Made by a program: the position numbers and the translations under genes | Notes under the pieces: generated by a model | Seen by the model: the letters and a program-made list of their open reading frames with translations, nothing else | Told to the model about the DNA's origin: nothing | Databases searched by the model: none | Assembly (NCBI GenBank): GCA_046485285.1 | Contig: JAWOHE010000030.1 | Location: 1 to 29,466 of the forward strand | Direction: 5' to 3' | Origin: a bacterium | Lineage (GTDB): Bacteria > Hydrothermota > Tepidihabitantia > Tepidihabitantales > Tepidihabitantaceae | Length of the DNA: 29,466 nt | In this document: positions 1 to 7,871 of the stretch, one piece after another | How positions within the stretch are numbered: the stretch's first letter is position 1 | How the letters are laid out: each line of letters opens with the position of its first letter

Positions 1-117
1 ACGTCGGTCGGGCTGGAGAGTCTGGCCGAGAAGACCTGGCGGGTCTGGTTCTGCGACCTGCCGATCGGCGTAGTGAAGCCTATCTGTGGGCGGCTGACGT
101 GTCAGTCAGAAGCGTAG
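1..117 (+). CDS. 3' end of an IS481-family transposase (partial, runs off the left edge)
   Basis: Frame 1 reads TSVGLESLAEKTWRVWFCDLPIGVVKPICGRLTCQSEA*, with TAG at 115-117. This resembles the 'VGLE...W.V.F....G' C-terminus of IS481-type integrase-core transposases and is followed by an IS481-like end. Confidence 0.7.
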   Translation, partial: TSVGLESLAEKTWRVWFCDLPIGVVKPICGRLTCQSEA

Positions 118-191
118 GTGCGGGTCGCCGGCAGACAAAAGTGTCACCTATGTCGTGATAATTAAGTGTAACCTATGTCCTGGTCTTGACA
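1..191 (+). mobile_element. Right end of an IS481-family insertion sequence
   Basis: Two 16-nt direct repeats, AAGTGTCACCTATGTC (139-154) and AAGTGTAACCTATGTC (164-179), lie 25 nt apart. The element ends in ACA at 189-191, matching the TGT...ACA ends and sub-terminal repeats of IS481. Confidence 0.75.
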
Positions 192-213
192 TGCGCGCCC
201 CACCCCCACCCGC

Positions 214-272
214 ACTCCCGGAGTTACTCCCCCAGTAACTCCCGGAGTAACCCCCCCCAGTAACTCCGGGTA
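214..272. repeat. Tandem array of ~12-nt palindromic units ACTCCC(GG/CC)AGT(T/A)
   Basis: Units lie at 214-225, 226-237, 238-249, 250-262 and a partial one at 263-272. There is a perfect 12-bp inverted repeat, CCCGGAGTTACT (217-228) / AGTAACTCCGGG (259-270). Confidence 0.8.
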
Positions 273-480
273 TGGGGGAGGGGGGAAACTCGAACGTGAT
301 TGAAGCCTCAACTTCTCAATCGGTTAGGACGATTCTCGCAATACTGCAACCGTTAGTTTTGACTAATGCAGGCGATTTGAGTCTGTGCGAGTGCGGCGGG
401 TTATGGTACGGGTCTGAGCCTGCGGGCATTGTGACAGGAGCGGCACCCCCTGAGGCGGAGAGGGGGAGGAGGCCGGAGAG

Positions 481-507
481 GGATTTCTCCACGTTGGTCG
501 AAATGAC
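481..507. repeat. REP-like motif GGATTTCTCCACGTTGGTCGAAATGAC (single arm)
   Basis: Resembles, from memory, the GTCATTTCGAC...GAGAAATC family of small extragenic repeats. Only one arm is visible here. Confidence 0.4.
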
Positions 508-604
508 GGGCGGCGGAGAGGGGATTGTCGCGGGTCCTGGGGTTCTGTGACAAAGGTCTGCTCGCATCTTCGTATCGGGCCCGACCCCGTCCGTGCCGGC
601 GGGC

Positions 605-633
605 TTGTGCCGGGGCCGGGAAATCAATATCAT
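605..633 (+). promoter_or_regulatory. Putative sigma70 promoter for the lipoprotein gene
   Basis: TTGTGC (605-610), 17-nt spacer, TATCAT (628-633). ATGs follow at 639 and 648 with no SD. Confidence 0.5.
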
Positions 634-647
634 CTCATATGAGCGTT

Positions 648-1952
648 ATGCGTGCGGTTGTGATTGCTTTTGCGCTGGTCGCGGCGGTCGGCTGCGGTAA
701 CCGGGCGCCGGTGGTGGAGTGGGTGCGGGCGCGGCCGGATTCGTTGCCGCGGGGCGGTATGGCCTACCTCAGTGTGCGGGCATACGACCCGGAGGGTGAC
801 ACGCTCGCACTTCATTGGGCGGTCAGGCACGGCACGGTTGCGCCTGATTCCGGCGACTCGCCGCGCTACCTCGCACCGGCCGCGGATGTCGACGACACGG
901 TCCGGGTGACGGCGAGCGACGCGGACGGGCTGAGCACGGTCGGGCAGGTCGTCATCCACGTGCGCGAGGGGTTGTGCGGGGGCACGCGCGAGGCGGTGAT
1001 TGGGACGAGCGCGCGCCTGCTGGTCGCGGATTCGGCCCGGGTGTACTACATAGAGCCGGGCGGGAGCATCTCGGAAATCCGCTGGGTGGACGTCGACGGC
1101 GTCGAGCGTGACACGGTCTGCGTGCGGCGGCACGAGGTCCGCCGGCTCTGCGACGGCGGGAGCGCGCTGTACTGGTTCGAGCGGGACATCACGAGTCTGG
1201 AGCCGGCCTGGCGGGTGATGACCGCGAGCAAGGGCGATTCAGCTCAGCCCGCGACAGTGCTCGAGTTTCCGGGCCGGAGCGCGACGGTGACCGACATCGC
1301 GGTGAGCGCGGCCTATGTTCACGTGGCCTGGCTCGAGAACGTCGCCGACACCGCCTACGCGGCGCGGGTCACGTCCTACCCGCGGTCGGGCGGCCCGGCC
1401 CAGGAGCGGTTCGCCGCGGTCCGGCCGAAGGCCGAGGCGACGGTCGTTCGCCGGCTGGTCGCCCACGAGGGTGAGCTGTTCTTCCTGGTGACGTCGAACG
1501 ACCCGGACCAGGTCGCGGTAATGAAGGTGCCGGCGACCGGCGCGGCGGTGCGGCTGGTCGGGCCGGAGCTGCTCGCGCCCGGGACCCTGGCCGCGGACGA
1601 CGGGCTGGCGGCGGCCGGCTCGGACGTGTTCTGGTCCGAGCAGGCGGCAGGGCGTATCGGCCGGGTCGGCCGGGACGGGAGCGGGGCCGGGTTCATCGTG
1701 CCGGCCGGCGGTGACGCTCAGGGGGTGACGATGGTCGCGGCCTCGGCCGGGTTCGGTGATGCCGGGCCGCGGCTGTTCTGGGCGGTGCCGAACGACCTGC
1801 GCGGGATGATTGTCCGGACCGGGTCGGTGGTGCGCGATCTCGACCGGGGTACGGGCAGTATCCTCGGGTTCGCGCCGAACGCGCTGTATCTCTTCTACGT
1901 CCAGGACGACGGCGGGGCCCAGGGCCGGATGTTCCGGCTGCTGATACCCTGA
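648..1952 (+). CDS. Lipoprotein with an N-terminal Ig-like (PKD/cadherin-like) domain and a probable beta-propeller
   Basis: Signal peptide MRAVVIAFALVAAVG-C (lipobox). Ig-like motifs 'NRAPVV', 'AYDPEGDTLALHW' and 'VRVTASDADG'. Repeated blade-like motifs 'VYY', 'LYW', 'VFW', 'LFW', 'LFY'. Start is 639 or 648 rather than the track's 525. Confidence 0.75.
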   Translation: MRAVVIAFALVAAVGCGNRAPVVEWVRARPDSLPRGGMAYLSVRAYDPEGDTLALHWAVRHGTVAPDSGDSPRYLAPAADVDDTVRVTASDADGLSTVGQVVIHVREGLCGGTREAVIGTSARLLVADSARVYYIEPGGSISEIRWVDVDGVERDTVCVRRHEVRRLCDGGSALYWFERDITSLEPAWRVMTASKGDSAQPATVLEFPGRSATVTDIAVSAAYVHVAWLENVADTAYAARVTSYPRSGGPAQERFAAVRPKAEATVVRRLVAHEGELFFLVTSNDPDQVAVMKVPATGAAVRLVGPELLAPGTLAADDGLAAAGSDVFWSEQAAGRIGRVGRDGSGAGFIVPAGGDAQGVTMVAASAGFGDAGPRLFWAVPNDLRGMIVRTGSVVRDLDRGTGSILGFAPNALYLFYVQDDGGAQGRMFRLLIP

Positions 1953-1967
1953 GACGGCCGGGCCGGC

Positions 1968-1995
1968 TTGACCCGCCGCCCCGGCGGTTTATAGT
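1968..1995 (+). promoter_or_regulatory. Sigma70 promoter for crotonase-thiolase
   Basis: TTGACC (1968-1973), 16-nt spacer, TATAGT (1990-1995). SD AGGAGG lies just upstream of GTG 2035. Confidence 0.7.
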
Positions 1996-2034
1996 GGGGG
2001 GCGGGTCCTGACCTCTCTTTCAACAGGAGGAATC

Positions 2035-2802
2035 GTGGAGTTTCAGAACATCGTCAAGAGCGCGGCCGACGGGATCGGCTGGCTCAGGTTCAACCGGCCG
2101 CCGGTCAACGCGCTTAACAGCCGGATGGTGCTGGAGATCGAGTCGGCGTTCGAGGAGTTCGCCGCCGAGGATCCGGTCCGGGTCATCATCCTGACCGGCG
2201 AAGGCAAGGCATTCGTCGCCGGGGCCGACATCGCCGAGATGCGCAGGTTCACGCCGCTCGAGGCGCGCGAGTTCGCCCGGCGCGGCCACCGCGCGATGGG
2301 ACGGATCCAGGAGATCGAGAAGCCGGTCATAGCGGCAGTCAACGGCTTCGCGCTCGGCGGCGGGTGCGAGATCGCGCTCGCCTGCGACATTCGGCTGATG
2401 GCCGACGGCGCGCTGATCGGCCAGCCCGAGGTGAAGCTCGGGCTGATACCGGGGTTCGGCGGCACACAGCGGCTGGCGCGGCTGGTCGGGCCGGGCGCCG
2501 CGAAGGAGTTGGTGTTCTCCGGGGAGAACATCGGCGCGGCCGAGGCGCTGCGAATCGGGCTGGTCAACCGGGTCGTGCCGGCGGCCGAGCTGATCGAGCA
2601 GGCGACCGCGCTGGCGCGGAAGATGATCGCCAACGGGCCGACCGCGGTGCGGCTGGCGAAGACGGTCATCAACCGGGGGCTGGACTCGAACCTGACCACC
2701 GGCAATTCCTACGAGGTCGAGGCGTTCAACGTCTGCTTCTCGTCGGGCGAGCCGGCGGAGGGAACCGCGGCGTTCCTGGAGAAGCGGAAGGCGAAGTGGT
2801 AA
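2035..2802 (+). CDS. crt: Enoyl-CoA hydratase / crotonase
   Basis: Motifs NRPPVNALN, AFVAGADI, NGFALGGGCE and QPEVKLGLIPGFGGTQRL, with both catalytic Glu present. C-terminus is EGTAAFLEKRKAKW. Confidence 0.93.
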   Translation: MEFQNIVKSAADGIGWLRFNRPPVNALNSRMVLEIESAFEEFAAEDPVRVIILTGEGKAFVAGADIAEMRRFTPLEAREFARRGHRAMGRIQEIEKPVIAAVNGFALGGGCEIALACDIRLMADGALIGQPEVKLGLIPGFGGTQRLARLVGPGAAKELVFSGENIGAAEALRIGLVNRVVPAAELIEQATALARKMIANGPTAVRLAKTVINRGLDSNLTTGNSYEVEAFNVCFSSGEPAEGTAAFLEKRKAKW

Positions 2803-2956
2803 ACGATGGTTGCCGGGCGAGCCGAACACGAAGGCGCGGAGGCGAAGTCGACCTCTCCGGGTGACCCAACGCGGGCCGGTATCCTGGGGCTGGTACCCGG
2901 GTGTCAGGTTCTGGCCGGAATGTCAAGATCGGAAATGCAACTGAAGGGAGTCCGAG

Positions 2957-4153
2957 ATGACGATAGGTAAGGCCAAAGAGACCGTTGTGCTCGGCGCGGT
3001 GCGGACGCCGGTCGGCCGCTTCTTGGGCGGGCTGGCTTCGCTGCGGGCGCCGGAGCTGGGCGCGCTGGCAATCAAGGAGGCGCTCAGGCGCTCGGGCGCC
3101 GACGCGGCCGACGTCGACGGCGTGATAATGGGCAATGTCTGCCCGGCCGGGATCGGCCAGGCGCCGGCGCGCCAGGCGGCAATCGGCGCCGGGCTGAGCC
3201 CGGAGGTGCCGGCGCTGACCGTGAACAAGGTCTGCGGCTCGGGAATGATCGCGGCGGCGCTGGCCTGCCAGCAGATCAAGGCCGGCGACGCCCGGCTGGT
3301 CATCGCCGGCGGGCAGGAGTCGATGTCGAACGTGCCCTACTACCTGAAGCAGTTGCGTAACGGCAACAAGCTGGGCGACACCAAGCTCCAGGACGGGATG
3401 GTCTACGACGGGCTGTGGGACTTCTTTGGCAACATCCACATGGGCGCGCTCGGCGACTTCACCGCGAAGAACTCCGGCATCACCCGCGCGGAGCAGGACG
3501 AGTGGGCCTGTCGCAGTCACCAGCGGGCGGTCAAGGCCGCGCAGTCGGGCTGGTTCAAGGACGAGATCCTGCCGGTTTCGATTCCCCAGCGCAAGGGCGA
3601 CCCGGTGGTGGTCGACACCGACGAGGGACCGCGGGCGGATACGACGGTCGAGAAGCTGGCGAGGCTCAAGCCGGTGTTCACGCCCGACGGCACGGTGACC
3701 GCGGGCAACGCGTCGTCGATCAACGACGGCGCGGCGGCGCTGGTGCTGTCGAGCGAGGCCTACGCGCGGGAGAAGAAACTCAAGCCGCTGGCCCGGGTGA
3801 TCACCTACACGACCGGCAGTGTCGAGCCGAAGATGCTGTTCTACGCGCCGGTCAAGGCGGTGCGGCGGCTGCTGGAAATCCAGGGCGGCGACATCAACCA
3901 GTTCGACCTGATCGAGCTCAACGAGGCGTTCGCCTCCCAGACGCTGGCCGACGGCAAGGAGCTGGGCTGGGACTGGGAGAAGGTCAACGTCCACGGGAGC
4001 GGGATATCGATGGGCCACCCGATCGGATGTTCCGGCTCGCGGATCCTCGTCACGCTGATTCACGCCCTGAAGCAGCGCGGGCTCAGGAAGGGGCTCGCGG
4101 CGATCTGCCTCGGCGGCGGCGAGGCGACCGCGATGAGCGTGGAGCTGGCGTAG
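2957..4153 (+). CDS. Acetyl-CoA C-acetyltransferase (thiolase)
   Basis: Motifs RTPVG, NKVCGSG (catalytic Cys), [19 protein letters not shown] and CLGGG. SD GGGAG precedes the ATG. Confidence 0.95.
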   Translation: MTIGKAKETVVLGAVRTPVGRFLGGLASLRAPELGALAIKEALRRSGADAADVDGVIMGNVCPAGIGQAPARQAAIGAGLSPEVPALTVNKVCGSGMIAAALACQQIKAGDARLVIAGGQESMSNVPYYLKQLRNGNKLGDTKLQDGMVYDGLWDFFGNIHMGALGDFTAKNSGITRAEQDEWACRSHQRAVKAAQSGWFKDEILPVSIPQRKGDPVVVDTDEGPRADTTVEKLARLKPVFTPDGTVTAGNASSINDGAAALVLSSEAYAREKKLKPLARVITYTTGSVEPKMLFYAPVKAVRRLLEIQGGDINQFDLIELNEAFASQTLADGKELGWDWEKVNVHGSGISMGHPIGCSGSRILVTLIHALKQRGLRKGLAAICLGGGEATAMSVELA

Positions 4154-4193
4154 CGGAGAAGGCCCGGCGGCCCCGGGTCCTGAGGCCCGTTAC

Positions 4194-4640
4194 TTGAGCG
4201 CCCGCACATTGCCGAGCCGGAGCGCGGCCGAGACAATCGCTCTCGGCCGCGCTCTTGCCGACGAGCTCGCGCCGGGCGACATCGTGGCGTTCTTTGGCGA
4301 CCTTGGCAGCGGCAAGACGACGATGATAAAGGGCATCGCGGCCGGGCTCGGCGTTGCCGAGAAGGTGCGCAGTCCCTCGTTTGTCATCGTCACCGAGTAC
4401 CGGGGCCGGCTGCCGGTGTACCACGTTGACCTCTACCGGCTGGCCGACGCGGCCGAGCTCGGCGCGGCCGAGCTCGACGAGTACTTCGACCGCGACGGCA
4501 TCACGATCGTCGAGTGGGCCGAGCGGGCGCTTGGCGTGCTGCCGGAGCGAGCGGTGCGGGTGAGCATCGAGTTCGCGGGCGAGGGTCGCGCGATATCGAT
4601 CGAGCGGGGCGCGTCAGGCCCGGCCGAGATGGTCGAGTAG
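4194..4640 (+). CDS. tsaE: tRNA threonylcarbamoyladenosine biosynthesis ATPase TsaE
   Basis: Walker A GDLGSGKT, plus SPSF, HVDLYRL and IVEWAE motifs. TTG start. Confidence 0.93.
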   Translation: MSARTLPSRSAAETIALGRALADELAPGDIVAFFGDLGSGKTTMIKGIAAGLGVAEKVRSPSFVIVTEYRGRLPVYHVDLYRLADAAELGAAELDEYFDRDGITIVEWAERALGVLPERAVRVSIEFAGEGRAISIERGASGPAEMVE

Positions 4641-7568
4641 CTCGTCGATCCCGCCGGCAAGGATCTCGGTCCGCTCAGGGCCGACGATTGTGAGGCGGCC
4701 GCCGCGCGCGTCGACCTTGAGCAGTCCGAGCCTGCGGGCCCGAATGCGGACGAGCGCGATCCGGAACAGGTCGGCGACGACCGGCGGGTAGCGCCCGAAG
4801 CGGTCGACCAGCTCTTCCTCGAAGCCCTTGAGCTCGTCCTCGGACTCGAGGCCGAGCAGGCGGCGGTAGAGCGCGACCCGCTCGAAGGCGTCGGGCACGT
4901 AGCCCTCCGGGATGAAGGCGTTGAGTTCGAGCGCGAGCTCGGGCTCGGGCGCGGGCTCCTCGCCGCGGAGCCGGGCCGAGGCCTCGCGGATCATCCGGGC
5001 GTAGAGGCTCAGCCCGACGCGCGCGACTTGGCCGTGCTGGCGGGTGCCGAGCAGGTCGCCGGCGCCGCGGATTTCAAGGTCGCGGAGGGCGAGCCGGAAG
5101 CCGGCGCCGAGCTGCGAGTAGGCGATGAGCGCCGATAGCCGCTTGCGGGCCTCCTCGCTGACGTCGCGGCCGGTCGGGGTCAGGAACAGCGCCCAGGCCT
5201 GGCGGCCGGAGCGGCCGACCCGGCCGCGGAGCTGATGCAGGTCAGCGAGCCCGAAGGTATCGGCCCGGTCGACGATGATGGTGTTGACGTTGGGCAGGTC
5301 GACGCCGGACTCGATGATCGCAGTCGAGAGCAGGACCGGGTGCCCGCCGGTGGCGAACTCGAGGTAGAGGTCCTCGAGCCTGCGGGCCGGGAGCTGGCCG
5401 TGGGCGACGACGATGTCGAGGCCGGGGAGGAGGCGACGCAGGCGGCGCTCGACCAGGCCGAGCGCCTGGATGCGGTTGTGGATGAAGAATACCTGGCCGC
5501 GCCGGCCGAGCTCGCGCTCGACGTAGCCGGCGATGAGAGCGTCGTCCCACGGCGAAACCTCGGTCGCGACCTCGCGTCGCCCTGCGGGCGGGGTGTGGAC
5601 GGTCGAGATGTCGCGCAGGCCGGCGAGCGCCATGTAGAGCGTCCGCGGTACTGGCGTGGCGGAGAGAGAGAGCACGTCAACCCCGGCCCGGAGCGCCTTG
5701 ATGCGTTCCTTCTGGCGAACGCCGAACTTCTGCTCCTCATCGACGATGAGCAGGCCGAGCTCGCGGAACCGTACCGAAGCGGCGAGCAGGGCGTGGGTGG
5801 CAACGATGACATCGACCCGGCCGGCGGCGAGGTCGGTGAGGATGCGCCGGCGGCGAGGCGCCGGTACGAGCCGGGAGAGCATCTCGACCCGGAGGGGGAA
5901 GGGTGCGAGCCGGCGGCGGAAGGTGTCGAAGTGCTGCCAGCATAGGATCGTCGTCGGCACGAGCAGGGCGACCTGCTTCGCCGCGGCCGCCGCCTTGAAC
6001 GCCGCGCGCAGGGCAACCTCTGTCTTGCCGTAGCCGACGTCGCCGCAGACGAGCCGCTCCATCGGCCGAGAACTCTCCATGTCCTGATGGACCGCCGCGA
6101 TTGCGCGGGACTGGTCGGCGGTCTCCTCGTACGGGAAGCCGGCGGCGAGCTCGCGGTGCCAGTCGCCGTCGGCCGGGAAGGCGATGCCGGCGGCGATGCT
6201 GCGCCGGGCGGTGATCTCGACGAGCTCGCGGGCGTACTCGAGGCTGGCCCGGGCGGCGCGAGCGCGGGCGAGCAGCCAGGAGCGGCCGCCGATGCGGTCA
6301 AGCTCCGGGGCGTCGCGGCCGCTGCCGACGTAGCGGTCGACGAGGCCCAAGTTCTCAACCGGGACGAGGACCCGGTCGCCGCCCAGGTAGCGCAGGACCA
6401 GGTAGTCTTTCTCGACGCCGCCGTGGCGGATTCGCTCGGTGCCCTCGAAGACGCCGACGCCGTAATCGGCGTGGACGACGTGGTCGCCGGGGCGGAGTGC
6501 GACGAGGTTGTCGACCGGCACGCCGCGGAAGCGGCGGGCGCGCGGGCGCGGGCGCGCGGTGCCGTAGAGCTCGCGCTCGGCGAGCAGGCCGATGCCGGCG
6601 CGCGCGCCGGCGAAGCCGCGGCTGAGCGAGGCGGGGATGAGCTCGGCGGCCGGGCCGACGAGCGGGCCGAGGCGCCGACAGCGGTCGGCGGAGCCGCAGA
6701 ACAGGAACCAGCGAAGCGGCGAGGCGGCGAGCTCGGACTTGAGCAGTTCGAAGTTGCCGAGGTAGCTGACGGCTGGCGCGAAGCCGAGGTCGAAACGGGC
6801 GTCGGAGTCGTCGGTCAGCGTGACCGCGGGCGGCGGGCCGTGAGCGGCGATAGGCGCGATGACAATGGTCGGCTCGGGCAGGAGCCGCGCGATGGTGAGA
6901 TCGGTCGGCGGGCGCGGCCGGCGTGAGGGGATCTCGACCCGGTCGGCGGGCCGGGTCGAGCGCTGGGTGAGCGGGTCGAAGCAGCGCAGCGACTCGACCG
7001 AGTCGGCCGCGAACTCGACCCGGACCGGCTCGGCGGCGCGCTCGGCGAACACGTCGACAATGCCGCCGCGGCGGGCGTACTCGCCGGGTTCGGCGACAAG
7101 GTCGACGAGCTCGTAGCCGCCGTCCTCGAGCCAGCTGGCGGCGGCCATCGGCGACAGGTCTGTCCCGGGCAGCATCACCAGCCGCCGGCGTTCGGGCGGG
7201 AGTTCCTCCGGCAGGGCGACCTCGATGTCGGCGGCGACGACGAGGATGACGGCGGGCGCGCCAGCGGCGAACCGGCGCAGGGCGGCGATCGAGTCGTCGC
7301 GCTCGGGCGCGGGCGTTAGGACCTCGAGTCCCGGGTGGAGGAGCGCGAGGTCGGCAGCCGCGGCGTCGCGGTCGTCGTCATCGTCGAGCACTAGCGCGAC
7401 CGGGCGCTGGAGCCGTCCGGCGAGCGCGGCCACGAGCAGCACCCGGGCGGCGCCGGCGGCGCCGCGGACGCTGACGCGCGTGCCGCCGGCAAGCGCGCCG
7501 GCGAGCGCGTCGAGCGACGGCGTGGCGTCGAACGCGCTGACGAGCGAATCGAGCCGGGCGGACATCAC
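4614..7568 (-). CDS. mfd: Transcription-repair coupling factor Mfd (compact, 984 aa)
   Basis: UvrB-homology motif RRGGIVDVF...FDPLTQRS; CarD-like GDHVVHADYGVG; helicase motifs GDVGYGKT, DEEQKFG, SATPVPRTL and QLRGRVGR; TRG motif DLEIRGAG; TRCF C-terminal domain. Confidence 0.93.
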   Translation of the reverse strand: MMSARLDSLVSAFDATPSLDALAGALAGGTRVSVRGAAGAARVLLVAALAGRLQRPVALVLDDDDDRDAAAADLALLHPGLEVLTPAPERDDSIAALRRFAAGAPAVILVVAADIEVALPEELPPERRRLVMLPGTDLSPMAAASWLEDGGYELVDLVAEPGEYARRGGIVDVFAERAAEPVRVEFAADSVESLRCFDPLTQRSTRPADRVEIPSRRPRPPTDLTIARLLPEPTIVIAPIAAHGPPPAVTLTDDSDARFDLGFAPAVSYLGNFELLKSELAASPLRWFLFCGSADRCRRLGPLVGPAAELIPASLSRGFAGARAGIGLLAERELYGTARPRPRARRFRGVPVDNLVALRPGDHVVHADYGVGVFEGTERIRHGGVEKDYLVLRYLGGDRVLVPVENLGLVDRYVGSGRDAPELDRIGGRSWLLARARAARASLEYARELVEITARRSIAAGIAFPADGDWHRELAAGFPYEETADQSRAIAAVHQDMESSRPMERLVCGDVGYGKTEVALRAAFKAAAAAKQVALLVPTTILCWQHFDTFRRRLAPFPLRVEMLSRLVPAPRRRRILTDLAAGRVDVIVATHALLAASVRFRELGLLIVDEEQKFGVRQKERIKALRAGVDVLSLSATPVPRTLYMALAGLRDISTVHTPPAGRREVATEVSPWDDALIAGYVERELGRRGQVFFIHNRIQALGLVERRLRRLLPGLDIVVAHGQLPARRLEDLYLEFATGGHPVLLSTAIIESGVDLPNVNTIIVDRADTFGLADLHQLRGRVGRSGRQAWALFLTPTGRDVSEEARKRLSALIAYSQLGAGFRLALRDLEIRGAGDLLGTRQHGQVARVGLSLYARMIREASARLRGEEPAPEPELALELNAFIPEGYVPDAFERVALYRRLLGLESEDELKGFEEELVDRFGRYPPVVADLFRIALVRIRARRLGLLKVDARGGRLTIVGPERTEILAGGIDELLDHLGRA

Positions 7569-7573
7569 CCGGG

Positions 7574-7582
7574 ATTATAGCA
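7574..7582 (-). promoter_or_regulatory. Extended -10 promoter for mfd (leaderless)
   Basis: Minus strand reads TGCTATAAT, then CCCGG, then GTGATG. No SD is present. Confidence 0.6.
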
Positions 7583-7617
7583 GGGCATTGACCGGAGGAA
7601 ACGGGCGGGGAAAGCGA

Positions 7618-7642
7618 TTCGGGGGGCCGATGGCCCCCCGAA
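7618..7642 (-). terminator. Stem-loop after the Lys-rich micro-gene
   Basis: Perfect 11-bp stem TTCGGGGGGCC / GGCCCCCCGAA with a 3-nt loop, 15 nt past the stop codon. The U-tract is weak (UCGCUUU). Confidence 0.6.
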
Positions 7643-7657
7643 GAAGTTGCGTTGGAC

Positions 7658-7771
7658 TTACTTCTTTTTCTTGGCGACCTTCTTGGCCGGCTTCTTGGCG
7701 ACCTTCTTGGTCGTCTTCTTCACGACCTTCTTCTTGGCGGCCTTCTTGGCCGGCTTCTTCTTAGCGACCAT
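7658..7771 (-). CDS. 37-aa Lys/Ala-rich histone H1-like small basic protein (absent from the ORF track)
   Basis: Translates as MVAKKKPAKKAAKKKVVKKTTKKVAKKPAKKVAKKKK* (20 of 37 residues Lys). SD AAAGGAGGT lies just upstream of the ATG. It has a dedicated promoter and a downstream hairpin. Confidence 0.88.
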   Translation of the reverse strand: MVAKKKPAKKAAKKKVVKKTTKKVAKKPAKKVAKKKK

Positions 7772-7797
7772 CGGACCTCCTTTGTTGATACGCGCGT

Positions 7798-7825
7798 ATG
7801 ATAATCCCCTTGCCGATGTTGTCAA
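7798..7825 (-). promoter_or_regulatory. Strong sigma70 promoter for the H1-like gene
   Basis: Minus strand TTGACA (7825-7820), 16-nt spacer, TATCAT (7803-7798), with an AT-rich upstream segment. Confidence 0.75.
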
Positions 7826-7871
7826 TAGGAATCTTACATTTCGTGCGCGGCATTTCCCGGTCGCCGGGTCG

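Noticed and set aside
214-272. Possible CRISPR array
   Set aside because: Units are 12 nt and contiguous with no unique spacers, and there are no cas genes.
272-633. Short ORFs 272-550 (+) and 316-633 (-)
   Set aside because: Atypical codon usage, no SD, and they span repeat-derived sequence.
2803-2956. Possible riboswitch or sRNA between crt and thiolase
   Set aside because: Only weak GC hairpins, with no recognisable aptamer consensus or terminator.
4161-4180. Hairpin after thiolase as a terminator
   Set aside because: Short stem with a G-U pair and no U-tract; tsaE probably reads through.
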